Of a stretch of 64,000 bases of DNA, positions 41,879 to 51,072 are shown piece after piece. Made by a program: the position numbers and the translations under genes. Under the pieces are notes generated by a model. The model did not search any database. It was not told the origin of the DNA and saw only the letters and a list, made by a program, of their open reading frames with translations. Location of the stretch: the NCBI GenBank assembly GCA_963703235.1, contig OY969802.1, forward strand, positions 1,805,782 to 1,869,781. The letters run 5' to 3'. The stretch is from an uncultured Solirubrobacterales bacterium (GTDB taxonomy: Bacteria; Actinomycetota; Thermoleophilia; Solirubrobacterales; 70-9). Position 1 is the stretch's first letter; each line of letters starts with the position of its first letter.

Positions 41879-44428
41879 CTACTCGTATTGCAATGCCTGC
41901 AGGACGTCCAGCCGCGACGCTCGCCGGGCCGGGGCGATCGCCGCGATCACGCCAGCGAGAGCCGCAAAGACGAGCAGCAAGACCAGGATCCCGACCGGGT
42001 ACGAGAGAGCGAAGCCTTCGTCCTCGAGCGGCTGCGCGATCAGCGCCGCGAAGATCACGCCGATCACCATCCCCAGCAGGGCGCCGATCAGCGCCGTGAT
42101 CACCGCCTCGTAGCGGATCATCGTCCGCACCTGGCGCCGCGACATGCCGATCGCCCGCAGCATCCCCAGCTCGCGGGTGCGCTCGTGGATCGAGAGGGCC
42201 AGCGTGTTGGCGATGCCGAACAGGGAGACGATCACCGCCAGCGCCAGCAGGGCGTAGATCAGGCCGAGCAGCTGGTTGATCTGTTCTTCCTGGTTTTCCT
42301 TCAGTTCCTGCTGGTTGCGAACCTCGATCACCGGGAAGTCGCGGTCCATCGCCTCGATCAGCCCCGCCTGGACCCTGGCTGCGCTGGCGCCGGGAGCGAG
42401 CTTGACGAAGTCGAGCACGTCGTCGCGCTGGTCGAAGGCGGTCGCCATCAGCCGCTGGGTGACGATCGCGCCGCCGAACAGTTCGGCCTTGTCTTCGTAC
42501 TCGCCGACGACCCGCAGGCGGGGTTTGGCGCCGATCTGGGTCAGGAAACCGACCTCGTCGCCGAGCTCGAGGTCGTTGTCGGAGGCGAGGGACTTGTCGA
42601 CGATCGCCTCGCGCTCGCCGAGCGTGCGCAGCGTCTCCGGCCCACCCTCGGTCCAGTCGACGTCGATCACCGCGCCGGCGTCCCGATCGAGCGCCGAGAC
42701 GCGCTCGTTGCCGCCTCCGTCGAGCAGCTTCGCCTGGGTGGCGCGCATCGTCGAGACCAGCTCGACGCCGGGCACCTGGCGGGCGACGCTGGCGGCGCGG
42801 GGAGAGATCGGCGAGAAGCCGTCGGTGTTCTGCAGCACCAGCTCGCCCTGGAAGCTCTCGTCGACCGCGGTCGCGATCGAGCTTTTGATGCCGGCGGCGA
42901 AGACGGTGACGAAGGCGACGACGGCGAGCCCGATCATCAGCGCCGCCGCCGTGACCGCGGTGCGGGCCGGGTTGCGCTGGGTGTTCTCGCGAGCGAGGCG
43001 GCCGGTGAGGCGGCGCAGCAGCTCCAGTGGCCTGCCCGCAAACGAGGCGAGCGGCCGCACCAGGCGGGGGCTGAAGAGGGAGACGCCGAGCAGGACCGCG
43101 ACCGCGCCAGCGCCAAGCAGTTGGGCGCCGGTGCCGCCGCTGGCGCCGCCGAAGAGACCGACCAGGACCATCGCCAGGCCGACGACCCCAAGCAGGACCG
43201 CGAGCCCCGCGTAGACGAGCCCGCGTCGGCGGCTGCGCGGCAGCTCCAACGCCTGCAGGGCGGCGATCGGGGGCACCCGCGTCGCCCGCAGCGCCGGCAC
43301 CAGCGAGGAGACGAGGGTGACGACGATCCCGATCGCCAGCGAGGCGACGATGGTGCGGTCCTTGGTGACCAGCGCCGTGGTCGGCAGGTCGATCCCGATC
43401 GCGACGAAGAGCGCGTTGAGGCCGGTGGCGGTCGCGTAGCCGCCGGCGAGGCCGAGCAGCGCCCCCAGCAGGCCGATCGCCAGCGCCTCGACCACGACCG
43501 AGGTGAGGATCTGGCCGCGGGCGGCGCCCAGCGTCCGCAGCATCCCGAACTCGGTGATCCGCTGGGCGACGGTGATCGAGAAGGTGTTGAAGATCAGGAA
43601 GGCGCCGACGAAGAGGGCGACGAAGGCGAAGACGAGGAGGGCGATGCGGAGGAAACCGAGGTCGCTGCGGATCTGGTCGGAGTTGCGTTCGGAGTTCTCC
43701 TTCGCCGTCTCGACCAGGACCGAGGGGGGCGCGATCTCCTGGACCCGCCGCTTCAGCGTCGCTTCGGAGACGCCGTCGGTGGCGGCGATCAGGATCTGGT
43801 CGAATTCGCCGCGCTTGTCGGTGATCCGCTGCGCCTCGGGCAGGATCAGGCCGGCGATGCTGGCGCCGCCCCAGGACGCGTCGCCGAGCTTGGTCAGCCC
43901 GACGACGCGGTAGGCCCTGACCCGTTCGACCGAGGCCAGCTTGAGCGTGTCGCCGAGCTCGATCCCGTCCTCTGCGGCGGCGCCGTCGTCGAGGGTGACC
44001 TCGGTGGCGTCGCGCGGCGGCCGGCCCTCGACGTAGGTCTGCGTTTCGAGCGCCTCGGGCAGGATCGAGGTGATGAACTTGGGCGCGAACTGGGAGCCGA
44101 TCTGCTCGTTCTCGGCGTCGAAGAAGGCGCCGGTCGTGAAAATCTGCCCCGACGCCACGCGGACGCCCTCCACCCGCCTCACCTGCGGCAGCAGCGCGGC
44201 CTCGAAGCTCGGCACCTCGCCGGTTTCCTGCCGCACCTCGTCTCTGGCGGTGATGACGACGTCGGTCTTCGCCAGCGAGTCTTCGAAGATTTCGTCGAAG
44301 GCGGCGAAGGTGGTGTCGGTGAGGATGTAGGTGCCGGCGACGAAGGCGACGCCGATCACCACGGCCAGCGCCGTCATCAGGGCACGGACCTTGCGGGCCC
44401 AGAGGCTCTTGACGGCTAAGCCGCGCAC
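41879..44428 (-). CDS. ABC transporter permease with duplicated FtsX/MacB-type domains
   Basis: Track ORF of 849 aa. N-terminus MRGLAVKSLWARKVRALMTALAVVIGVAFV, with two FtsX-like 4-TM blocks. Confidence 0.85.
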   Translation of the reverse strand: MRGLAVKSLWARKVRALMTALAVVIGVAFVAGTYILTDTTFAAFDEIFEDSLAKTDVVITARDEVRQETGEVPSFEAALLPQVRRVEGVRVASGQIFTTGAFFDAENEQIGSQFAPKFITSILPEALETQTYVEGRPPRDATEVTLDDGAAAEDGIELGDTLKLASVERVRAYRVVGLTKLGDASWGGASIAGLILPEAQRITDKRGEFDQILIAATDGVSEATLKRRVQEIAPPSVLVETAKENSERNSDQIRSDLGFLRIALLVFAFVALFVGAFLIFNTFSITVAQRITEFGMLRTLGAARGQILTSVVVEALAIGLLGALLGLAGGYATATGLNALFVAIGIDLPTTALVTKDRTIVASLAIGIVVTLVSSLVPALRATRVPPIAALQALELPRSRRRGLVYAGLAVLLGVVGLAMVLVGLFGGASGGTGAQLLGAGAVAVLLGVSLFSPRLVRPLASFAGRPLELLRRLTGRLARENTQRNPARTAVTAAALMIGLAVVAFVTVFAAGIKSSIATAVDESFQGELVLQNTDGFSPISPRAASVARQVPGVELVSTMRATQAKLLDGGGNERVSALDRDAGAVIDVDWTEGGPETLRTLGEREAIVDKSLASDNDLELGDEVGFLTQIGAKPRLRVVGEYEDKAELFGGAIVTQRLMATAFDQRDDVLDFVKLAPGASAARVQAGLIEAMDRDFPVIEVRNQQELKENQEEQINQLLGLIYALLALAVIVSLFGIANTLALSIHERTRELGMLRAIGMSRRQVRTMIRYEAVITALIGALLGMVIGVIFAALIAQPLEDEGFALSYPVGILVLLLVFAALAGVIAAIAPARRASRLDVLQALQYE

Positions 44429-44437
44429 CTGCGAGGC

Positions 44438-45172
44438 CTAGTCGATCTGCTTCATCAGCTCGATCACGTCGCCGGTCGAGCCGGGAGCGGCGTCGTGGAC
44501 GATGGCGCCGTCGCTGAGGGTGATCAGCCGGTCGGCGTGGGCGGCGGCGGCCGGATCGTGGGTGACCATGATCACCGTCTGGCCGAACTGGTCGACCGCC
44601 TGCCGCAGCAGCGCCAGCACGTCGGCGCTGGCCTTCGAGTCGAGGTTGCCGGTCGGCTCGTCGGCGAAGACGACAGCCGGCTTGGAGACCAGGGCCCGGG
44701 CGACCGCGACCCGCTGCTGCTGTCCGCCCGAAAGCTCCGAGGGCCGGTGGGTGCGGCGGTCGCCAAGCCCGACGGTGTCGATCAGCTGCTCGAGCCACTG
44801 GCGGTCGGGCTTGCGACCGGCGATCGAGAGCGGCAACACCAGGTTCTCCTCGGCGGTGAGGACCGGCAGCAGGTTGAAGAACTGGAAGACAAAGCCAAGC
44901 TTGTCGCGGCGCAGCTTGGTCAGCTCGCCGTCGTCGAGGTGGGTGATGTCGCGCCCGTCAAGGACGACGGTGCCCGCGGTCGGCCGGTCGAGCCCGGCGA
45001 GGATGTGCATCAGGGTCGACTTGCCGGAGCCGGACGGTCCCATGATCGCGGTGAAGCGGCCGCGCTCGAAGCCGGTGCTGATGTCGACCAGGGCATCGAC
45101 CGCGGCGGCGCCCTCGCCGAAGCGGCGCGAGACGCCGTCGGCTTCGACCACCTGACCGTTGAGCTGGCTCAC
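44438..45172 (-). CDS. ABC transporter ATP-binding protein (MacB/LolD-like)
   Basis: Uses an in-frame GTG (45172) of track ORF 44438..45541. Walker A GPSGSGKST, signature LSGGQQQR, Walker B VVFADEP. Confidence 0.85.
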   Translation of the reverse strand: MSQLNGQVVEADGVSRRFGEGAAAVDALVDISTGFERGRFTAIMGPSGSGKSTLMHILAGLDRPTAGTVVLDGRDITHLDDGELTKLRRDKLGFVFQFFNLLPVLTAEENLVLPLSIAGRKPDRQWLEQLIDTVGLGDRRTHRPSELSGGQQQRVAVARALVSKPAVVFADEPTGNLDSKASADVLALLRQAVDQFGQTVIMVTHDPAAAAHADRLITLSDGAIVHDAAPGSTGDVIELMKQID

Positions 45173-45198
45173 GTCCGGCACCGTATCGAGCCGTGCGG

Positions 45199-45315
45199 TT
45201 GGGCCGATCCGGGTGGGAGTTTCACTTAACTTTTCCCGAAGACAGGTTGTGGCTGTCCGCGAGCCTCGCTGCGGAAAAAGTACAAGACGTTCCACCCCCA
45301 CCCGGATCGGCCCAA
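45199..45315. repeat. perfect 19-bp inverted repeat (TTGGGCCGATCCGGGTGGG / CCCACCCGGATCGGCCCAA) around a 79-bp lower-GC spacer
   Basis: Arms at 45199-45217 and 45297-45315, read directly. Lies in the divergent ABC-ATPase / HAD intergenic region. Confidence 0.9.
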
Positions 45316-45328
45316 TAGCCTGGCGCGG

Positions 45329-46138
45329 ATGACGCTGGCGGACGAATTCGATGGGCTGCTGATCGACCTCGACGGGGTCGTCTGGGTCGGGCGGGAGCCG
45401 GTGCCCGGGGCGGCCGAAGCGCTGCGGGAGCTGAGGGACCGTGGCAAGGGGTTGGTCTTCGTCACCAACAACCCGGGCAAGCCGGCCGCCGCCTACGCCG
45501 AGCGGCTGCGGGAGGCGGGCGTCGAGGTCGGGGCCGAGCACGTCGTCACGGCCGGCGAAGCGACCGCCCGCCTGGCGGCGGAGAGGATCGGCGCGGGCGG
45601 CCGCGCCTTCGTGATCGGGGCGCCGGCCTTCCGCGAGGCGGTGGCTACCGCCGGATTCGAGCTATTCGAGAAAGCAGCTCCCAGCGGCGATGGCGGCCCC
45701 GAAATCGCCGCTGTGGACGCCGTCATCGTCTCGGGTCATCGCGAGTTCGACTACGCCGAGCTGTTCACCGCGACGCGGGCGCTGCAGGGGGGCGCTGCCT
45801 TCTTCGCGACCAGCCGCGACCCGACGATGCCGATGCCGGGCGGCGCCTGGCCCGGCACCGGCGCCGTCCTGGCCGCGGTGGAGACGGCGAGCGGCGCCAC
45901 GGCGGAGATCGGCGGCAAGCCCGAGCGCCACCTGTTCGACACCGCCCGCGAGCGGATCGGGGGAGCCGAACGGGTGGCGATGATCGGCGACCGGGTGTCC
46001 TCCGACATCGAGGGCGGCCGGCGCGCGGGGCTGGCGACGATCCTGGCCCTGAGCGGAGCGACGTCGCCCGAGGAGGCCGAGGCCGCCTCGCCCAAGCCCG
46101 ACCATGTCATCGAGAACCTCGCCGACCTGCTGCGATGA
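45329..46138 (+). CDS. HAD-superfamily subfamily IIA hydrolase (NagD-like)
   Basis: Track ORF of 269 aa. Motifs LLIDLDGVVW, VFVTNN and GDRVSSDI. Confidence 0.8.
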   Translation: MTLADEFDGLLIDLDGVVWVGREPVPGAAEALRELRDRGKGLVFVTNNPGKPAAAYAERLREAGVEVGAEHVVTAGEATARLAAERIGAGGRAFVIGAPAFREAVATAGFELFEKAAPSGDGGPEIAAVDAVIVSGHREFDYAELFTATRALQGGAAFFATSRDPTMPMPGGAWPGTGAVLAAVETASGATAEIGGKPERHLFDTARERIGGAERVAMIGDRVSSDIEGGRRAGLATILALSGATSPEEAEAASPKPDHVIENLADLLR

Positions 46139-47325
46139 GCGCCGCGCCAGCGAGCGAGCACCGCCCCGGCGTCGCCTTCGCCGGCGTCTTCGCGGTCACC
46201 TTCTGCGGCCTGGTCGCGGTCGGCGCCGTGCTGCCGGTGCTGCCGCGCTTCGTGCACGGCCCGCTCGACGCCGGCAACGTCGCGGTCGGCGTGGTAATCG
46301 GCTCCTACGCGATCACCGGGCTCCTCCTTCGCCCCTTCGCCGGCCGCCTCGCCGACCGCCGCGGGCGCAGGACGACCGTGCTGCTGGGATTCGCCGTCGT
46401 CGCCGTCGCCGGCTTCCTCTACCTGCTCCCATTCGGCGTCCCGGGCCTGATCGCCGCCCGACTGCTGCTGGGGGCCGGCGAGGGGGCCGTCTTCACGGCG
46501 GGTTCGGCCTGGATCGTCGACATCGCCCCGCCCGAGCGGCGCGGGCGGGTGATCGGGCTCTACGGGCTCGCCGTCTGGGCCGGGCTCAGCGTCGGGCCGC
46601 TGCTCGGCGAGCTGCTTCTCAGCGCCTCTGGCTACACCGCGGTCTGGCTCTTCGCCGGCGCGGCACCGCTCCTCGGAGCGTTGATCGCGCTGCGCCTGCC
46701 CGACCCTTTCCAACCAGTAGGCCACGCCGAGCAGCACCCCCTGATCGCCCGCGAGGCGCTCCGCCCCGGGATCGCGCTGGCACTGGCCTCGCTCGGTTAC
46801 GCCACCGTCGCCTCCTTTGTCGTCCTCCACCTCGACGCGCGCGGCATCGGCCACGGGGCGACGGTCTTCGGCGCCTTCGCGACGATGGTGGTGCTGACGC
46901 GGCTGATCGGGGGCGACCTGCCGGACCGCGTCGGCCCGGCGCGGGTCGCGACCGCGGCGGCCGCGGTCGAGGCCGTCGGCCTGACGACGATGGGGCTTGC
47001 GCAGACCTTCACCGTTGCGATCGCCGGCGCGCTGGCGATGGGCGCGGCCTTCTCCCTGCTCTACCCCTCGCTCTCGCTGATCGTCGTCGGCCGCGTCCCG
47101 GAGACGCGCCGCGGGGCCGCGCTGGGCACCTTCACCGCCTTCTTCGACGCCGGCATCGGCTTCGGCGCGCCGCTGGCCGGGCTGATGGCGGCGCTCGTCA
47201 GCTACGAGGGGGCCTTCCTCTTCTCAGCCGCGATCGCCCTCGTCTCGATGGCGACCATCGCCTTCACGATCTCCAGCCGCGGCCGCGAGCTTCTGACCCG
47301 CCCGGGGGGACGAGCCGTGAGTTGA
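46135..47325 (+). CDS. MFS transporter
   Basis: Track ORF of 396 aa, about 12 TM. Motif GRLADRRGRR in loop 2-3. ATGA overlap with the HAD gene. Confidence 0.8.
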   Translation: MSAAPASEHRPGVAFAGVFAVTFCGLVAVGAVLPVLPRFVHGPLDAGNVAVGVVIGSYAITGLLLRPFAGRLADRRGRRTTVLLGFAVVAVAGFLYLLPFGVPGLIAARLLLGAGEGAVFTAGSAWIVDIAPPERRGRVIGLYGLAVWAGLSVGPLLGELLLSASGYTAVWLFAGAAPLLGALIALRLPDPFQPVGHAEQHPLIAREALRPGIALALASLGYATVASFVVLHLDARGIGHGATVFGAFATMVVLTRLIGGDLPDRVGPARVATAAAAVEAVGLTTMGLAQTFTVAIAGALAMGAAFSLLYPSLSLIVVGRVPETRRGAALGTFTAFFDAGIGFGAPLAGLMAALVSYEGAFLFSAAIALVSMATIAFTISSRGRELLTRPGGRAVS

Positions 47326-47355
47326 GCACCCATAGGGTGTCTAACTCACGGCTCG
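47311..47355. terminator. bidirectional hairpin between convergent genes (13-bp perfect stem, 19-nt loop)
   Basis: CGAGCCGTGAGTT ... AACTCACGGCTCG. The MFS stop codon lies at the top of the 5' arm. Confidence 0.5.
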
Positions 47356-47375
47356 TCTCTCAGATTGCGCAGCGA

Positions 47376-48278
47376 TCAGTCGCGATCGGCGATTAGCAGG
47401 GTCTGGGCGGCGCGGCCGATGCGGCCCTGCTCGTCGGAGAGGACGGACTCGGCGGTGCCGATCCCGCTGTGCTGCGGCAGGGTGACCGCGTCGACGCACA
47501 CCCACTCGCCCTCAGGCATCCGCTCCAGGTGAACGCTGAGGTCGACGTTGATGAAGACGTAACGGCTCCAGTCGAGAACCGCGCTGATCCCATTGCCGAC
47601 GTCGGCGGCGACCAGCGTGCGCTGCAGAGGCGTCGGCTCCTCGCCGGCGACCAGATCGCAGCCCATCCGCATCCAGACCGTCGCCGGGCCGGGCTCGAGG
47701 AAGCCGCCGCCCACCGAGCGCCATTCCATCGCCGTGTGGTAGCCGACGTCCTGGCCGGTGGCGAAGAACTCGGGCCACGAGCCCTGCTCGGGGCCGGGTG
47801 GTGGATCGGGCGTGGAGAGGACGTCGGTGGGGATCTCGATCAGCCTGGTGCGCAGGCGCCAGGCACGCGCCCGCATCAGCTCGCCGTCGTCGCCGGAGAG
47901 CGTCGCCTCAACCATCTGCACGCTGCGGCCCGGCCGCACCACCTCCGCCTCGACCCGAACCGGTCCGATCGGTACCGGCTTGAGGATCTCGAAGGTGACC
48001 CGCCCGACTTGGAAGCCCTCGGCCCCATCCACCCGCTCGATCTCTCTTCCAAGCAAAGCTGACGGGGGACCGGCATGCTGCGCACCGGGGTCCCACGGCC
48101 CGCGCGTCAGCTCGGTAGCTATATAGCCATCGCCGTCGGTCTCATAGAACGCTTCTGGCACGGCGCGGATCGTAAGGGCGTCGGGAGTCGTCTCGACAGT
48201 GCGTCGCGAAGCGGGCACCGCAGAGAGGTTCCCGCCGCGAAGCGGCAGCAGATTCGTCGCCGAAGGCGACATCGGCAC
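47376..48278 (-). CDS. acyl-CoA thioesterase-like double hot-dog protein; start uncertain
   Basis: Track ORF of 300 aa. The TRGPWD...HAGPPSALL pattern is typical of the thioesterase-like superfamily. The annotated N-terminus runs through the 27-bp inverted repeat at 48175-48302, so the true start is probably internal, for example the GTG at 48161. Confidence 0.6.
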   Translation of the reverse strand: MPMSPSATNLLPLRGGNLSAVPASRRTVETTPDALTIRAVPEAFYETDGDGYIATELTRGPWDPGAQHAGPPSALLGREIERVDGAEGFQVGRVTFEILKPVPIGPVRVEAEVVRPGRSVQMVEATLSGDDGELMRARAWRLRTRLIEIPTDVLSTPDPPPGPEQGSWPEFFATGQDVGYHTAMEWRSVGGGFLEPGPATVWMRMGCDLVAGEEPTPLQRTLVAADVGNGISAVLDWSRYVFINVDLSVHLERMPEGEWVCVDAVTLPQHSGIGTAESVLSDEQGRIGRAAQTLLIADRD

Positions 48279-48302
48279 TGTCGAGACGACTCCCGACGCC
48301 CT
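48175..48302. repeat. perfect 27-bp inverted repeat around a 74-bp structured spacer
   Basis: AGGGCGTCGGGAGTCGTCTCGACAGTG at 48175-48201 and its exact reverse complement at 48276-48302. The spacer holds CGCGAAGCGG twice (48205, 48236) and the hairpin GTCGCCgaaGGCGAC. Confidence 0.9.
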
Positions 48303-48315
48303 CTACCCTTCGTAC

Positions 48316-48711
48316 ATGCCGAAAGTCAAGAAGACCGACGCCGAGTGGCGCCAGCAGCTGACGCCCGAGCAGTACGAGATCACGCGGCAGGCCGGCACCG
48401 AGCGCGCCTTCGCCGGCCCCTACGTCGACGAGAAGGGCAAGGGGATGTACCGCTGCGTCGGCTGCGGCACGGAGCTGTTCTCCTCGGACACGAAGTTCGA
48501 CTCGGGGACGGGCTGGCCCAGCTTCACCGAGCCGGTCAACCTCGAGCACGTCGAGCTGCGGCCCGACAACAGCCTCTTCATGCGCCGCACCGAGGTCGTC
48601 TGCAAGCACTGCGACGCCCACCTCGGCCACGTCTTCGAGGACGGCCCCCCGGAGCACGGCGGCCAGCGCTACTGCATCAACGGCTGCGCCCTTAGGTTCG
48701 ACAGCGAGTAG
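48316..48711 (+). CDS. msrB: peptide-methionine (R)-S-oxide reductase
   Basis: Uses an internal ATG (48316) of the track ORF. Motifs GMYRCVGCGTELFSSDTKFDSGTGWPSF and CKHCDAHLGHVF. Confidence 0.9.
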   Translation: MPKVKKTDAEWRQQLTPEQYEITRQAGTERAFAGPYVDEKGKGMYRCVGCGTELFSSDTKFDSGTGWPSFTEPVNLEHVELRPDNSLFMRRTEVVCKHCDAHLGHVFEDGPPEHGGQRYCINGCALRFDSE

Positions 48712-48724
48712 GGCGCCGGGGGCC

Positions 48725-49378
48725 CTATTTAATGCCTCCGCCTGCCCCCAGGTAGCTGAAGCGAACCGCGAGCGCGACCGCCTCGGTCCGCGTGTCTACC
48801 TCGAGCTTGGCGATCGCGTTGCGGACGTGGGTGTGGACGGTCGCCGGGCTCAGCTCGAGCCTGGTGCCGATGTCTTTCACCCGCAGGCCCTCCGCCAGGA
48901 GGTCGAGGATCTGCCGCTCGCGCGGTGAGAGGTCGAGCAGCTTCTCGACCTCCGAGGGCTTGCCGCCGGCGAAGTCGCCGCCGAGGAAGGTGCCGCCTTC
49001 GGTCACCGCTTTGACGGCGCGGGCGATGTCCTCGGCCGGAGCCGACTTGAGCACGTAGCCGGAGGCGCCGGCCCGCAGCGCCAACGCCAGCAGGTCGGGC
49101 TGGGCGTGGGCGGTGAAGATGATGATCTTCGTTTTCGGCCGCGCCTTGAGGACCTCCTTGGTGGCCTCGATGCCGTCGCGTTTGGGCAGCTCGACGTCGA
49201 TGATGAGGACGTCGGGCTCCAGTTCCTTGACGACCTCGACCACGTCGCGGCCGTTCGCGGCCTCGCCGACGATCTGCAGCGCGTTCGAGTTGGCCATCCG
49301 CGACTTGATCGCCTCGCGGACGATCTCGTGGTCGTCGCAGAGAACCACCCGCCTGGGATCCCGCACGCTCGCGCTCAT
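48725..49378 (-). CDS. NarL/LuxR-family response regulator
   Basis: Track ORF of 217 aa. Receiver VVLCDDHEIV...LIIDVELP, with a C-terminal LuxR HTH LSPRERQILDLLAEGLRVKDIGTRLELSPATVHTHVRN. ATGA overlap with serS. Confidence 0.85.
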   Translation of the reverse strand: MSASVRDPRRVVLCDDHEIVREAIKSRMANSNALQIVGEAANGRDVVEVVKELEPDVLIIDVELPKRDGIEATKEVLKARPKTKIIIFTAHAQPDLLALALRAGASGYVLKSAPAEDIARAVKAVTEGGTFLGGDFAGGKPSEVEKLLDLSPRERQILDLLAEGLRVKDIGTRLELSPATVHTHVRNAIAKLEVDTRTEAVALAVRFSYLGAGGGIK

Positions 49379-50646
49379 GCTGGGCCGATCTTCTCAGGGG
49401 CACCGTAGGGATGCAAAGTATTAGGTAGCGTGAAACTCCCGTCGCGTTCCTGGCGGTTCTCGATCAGCGCGATCATCGTTCTCCCCACGGCCACTGCCGT
49501 GCCATTGAGCGTGTGCACCATCTGCGGTGCTTCGTTATCGGCAGCCCGATACCTACAACTGAGGCGGCGCGCCTGGTAGTCGGTCGTGTTGGAGCAGGAG
49601 GTCAGCTCGCGGTAGCGCTCCTGGCTCGGGATCCAGGCCTCGCAGTCGTACTTCTTCGCCGCCGGGGCGCCGAGATCGCCGGCGGCGACGTTGACGACCC
49701 GGTAGGGAATCTCCAGCTCGGCGAGGATGCGCTCCTCGATCGCCAGCAGGCGCTCGTGCTCCGCCGCCGACTCGGTGGGCTCGACGAACGAGAACATCTC
49801 CACCTTGTCGAACTGGTGGACGCGGAAGATGCCGCGGGTGTCGCGGCCGGCGGCGCCGGCCTCGCGGCGGAAGCAGGTGGAGAAGCCGGCGTAGCGCAGC
49901 GGCAGCTGCTCGGCCGCGAGGATCTGGTCGGCGTGCAGGGCCGCCAGCGAGACCTCGGAGGTGCCGACGAGGAACAGCTCGTCCTTGGGGATCTCGTAGA
50001 TCTGGTCGCGGTCGCCGGGCAGGAAGCCGGTGCCGTAGAGCGCCTCCTCGCGGACGAGGACGGGCGGGACCACCGGCTCGTGGCCCTCGCCGCGGACGAG
50101 GTCGATCGCGAAGCGGACCAGGGCCAACTCGAGCAGCACCAGATCGCCCTTCAGGTAGGCGAAGCGCGAGCCGGAGAGCCGCGCCGCTGCCTCGATCTCG
50201 ATCAGGCCCAGCTCGGTGCCGATCTCGAGGTGGTCGCGGGGCTCGAAGTCGAAGCTGGGCCGCTCCCCGACCTCGCGCAGGACGACCGCGTCCTCCTCCG
50301 TCATCCCCTCCGGCGCGCCGGGGTCGGGCAGATTGGGCAGGGTCGCCGCGACCCGCTCGAGATCGGCCTCGACGCAGTCCAGCTCCGCTTTGCCGACCTC
50401 GATCTTCTCCTTCAGGGCCTGCACCTGGGCCATCTCCTCGGCCGCCTCGCCGCCCTGCTGCTTGGCTTCGCCGATCTTCTTAGAGAGCGCCTTGCGCTCG
50501 GCCTGGGCGCCCTCGATCTCGGGCAGCAGCTGGCGGCGGCGGGCGTCGAGGTCGAGCAGCTCGTCGACCTGCTCGGCGGCGCCGCGACGGGCGAGCGCCG
50601 CCTTGACCCGCTCGGGGTCGGAGCGGATCAGCTTCAGGTCGAGCAT
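49375..50646 (-). CDS. serS: seryl-tRNA synthetase
   Basis: Track ORF of 423 aa. N-terminus MLDLKLIRSDPERVKAAL, then class II motifs FRREAG, GIFRVHQFDKVE and LNGTAVAVGRT. Confidence 0.95.
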   Translation of the reverse strand: MLDLKLIRSDPERVKAALARRGAAEQVDELLDLDARRRQLLPEIEGAQAERKALSKKIGEAKQQGGEAAEEMAQVQALKEKIEVGKAELDCVEADLERVAATLPNLPDPGAPEGMTEEDAVVLREVGERPSFDFEPRDHLEIGTELGLIEIEAAARLSGSRFAYLKGDLVLLELALVRFAIDLVRGEGHEPVVPPVLVREEALYGTGFLPGDRDQIYEIPKDELFLVGTSEVSLAALHADQILAAEQLPLRYAGFSTCFRREAGAAGRDTRGIFRVHQFDKVEMFSFVEPTESAAEHERLLAIEERILAELEIPYRVVNVAAGDLGAPAAKKYDCEAWIPSQERYRELTSCSNTTDYQARRLSCRYRAADNEAPQMVHTLNGTAVAVGRTMIALIENRQERDGSFTLPNTLHPYGAPEKIGPA

Positions 50647-50658
50647 CGGCAGCAGAGG

Positions 50659-51057
50659 TTAGGGCCCAGGCTGGCCGGGACGCGGCGATTCTTCGGCGTC
50701 CTTGCCGGAGTACTCGGCGACGAAGCGGGCCAGCGCTTCGGCCTCCTCGCCGACGACGATGTTCTGGGGCATGATCGCGCCGGAGAAGCCGCCGTTCTGG
50801 ATCGCGAAGAGAGCGTCTTCATAGGTCTCGGTTCGCTGGTCGAGGTTCGGCCCCTGCGTACGGGTGCTGCGGTTGCCGGTTCCCTGCGTGCCGGCGGCGC
50901 TCAGCGTGTGGCAGCCGGAGCAGTGGGTGGCGAAGATCACCGCCCCGTTGTAGTCGGGATCGTCCTCGGAGAGAGAGATCCCTTCCTCGCCGAAGCCGCA
51001 GGCGGCCAGGGCGAGGGCGGCCGCGATGGCCAGCGCTATGGCTAGAGCAGGTCGCAC
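50659..51057 (-). CDS. lipoprotein-type c-type cytochrome
   Basis: The in-frame GTG at 51057 gives MRPALAIALAIAAALALAACG (lipobox). Haem motif CSGCH and a distal Met (GAIMPQ). The upstream part of track ORF 50659..51573 is an artefact. Confidence 0.65.
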   Translation of the reverse strand: MRPALAIALAIAAALALAACGFGEEGISLSEDDPDYNGAVIFATHCSGCHTLSAAGTQGTGNRSTRTQGPNLDQRTETYEDALFAIQNGGFSGAIMPQNIVVGEEAEALARFVAEYSGKDAEESPRPGQPGP

Positions 51058-51072
51058 GCGGCGAGGATCATA

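Noticed and set aside
41769-44798. 1009-aa minus-strand and 853-aa plus-strand ORFs overlapping the ABC permease gene
   Set aside because: Their translations are extreme Arg/Pro/Gly or Asp/Gly/Arg runs. The 849-aa frame (41879..44428) has clear FtsX-type membrane topology and is the real gene.
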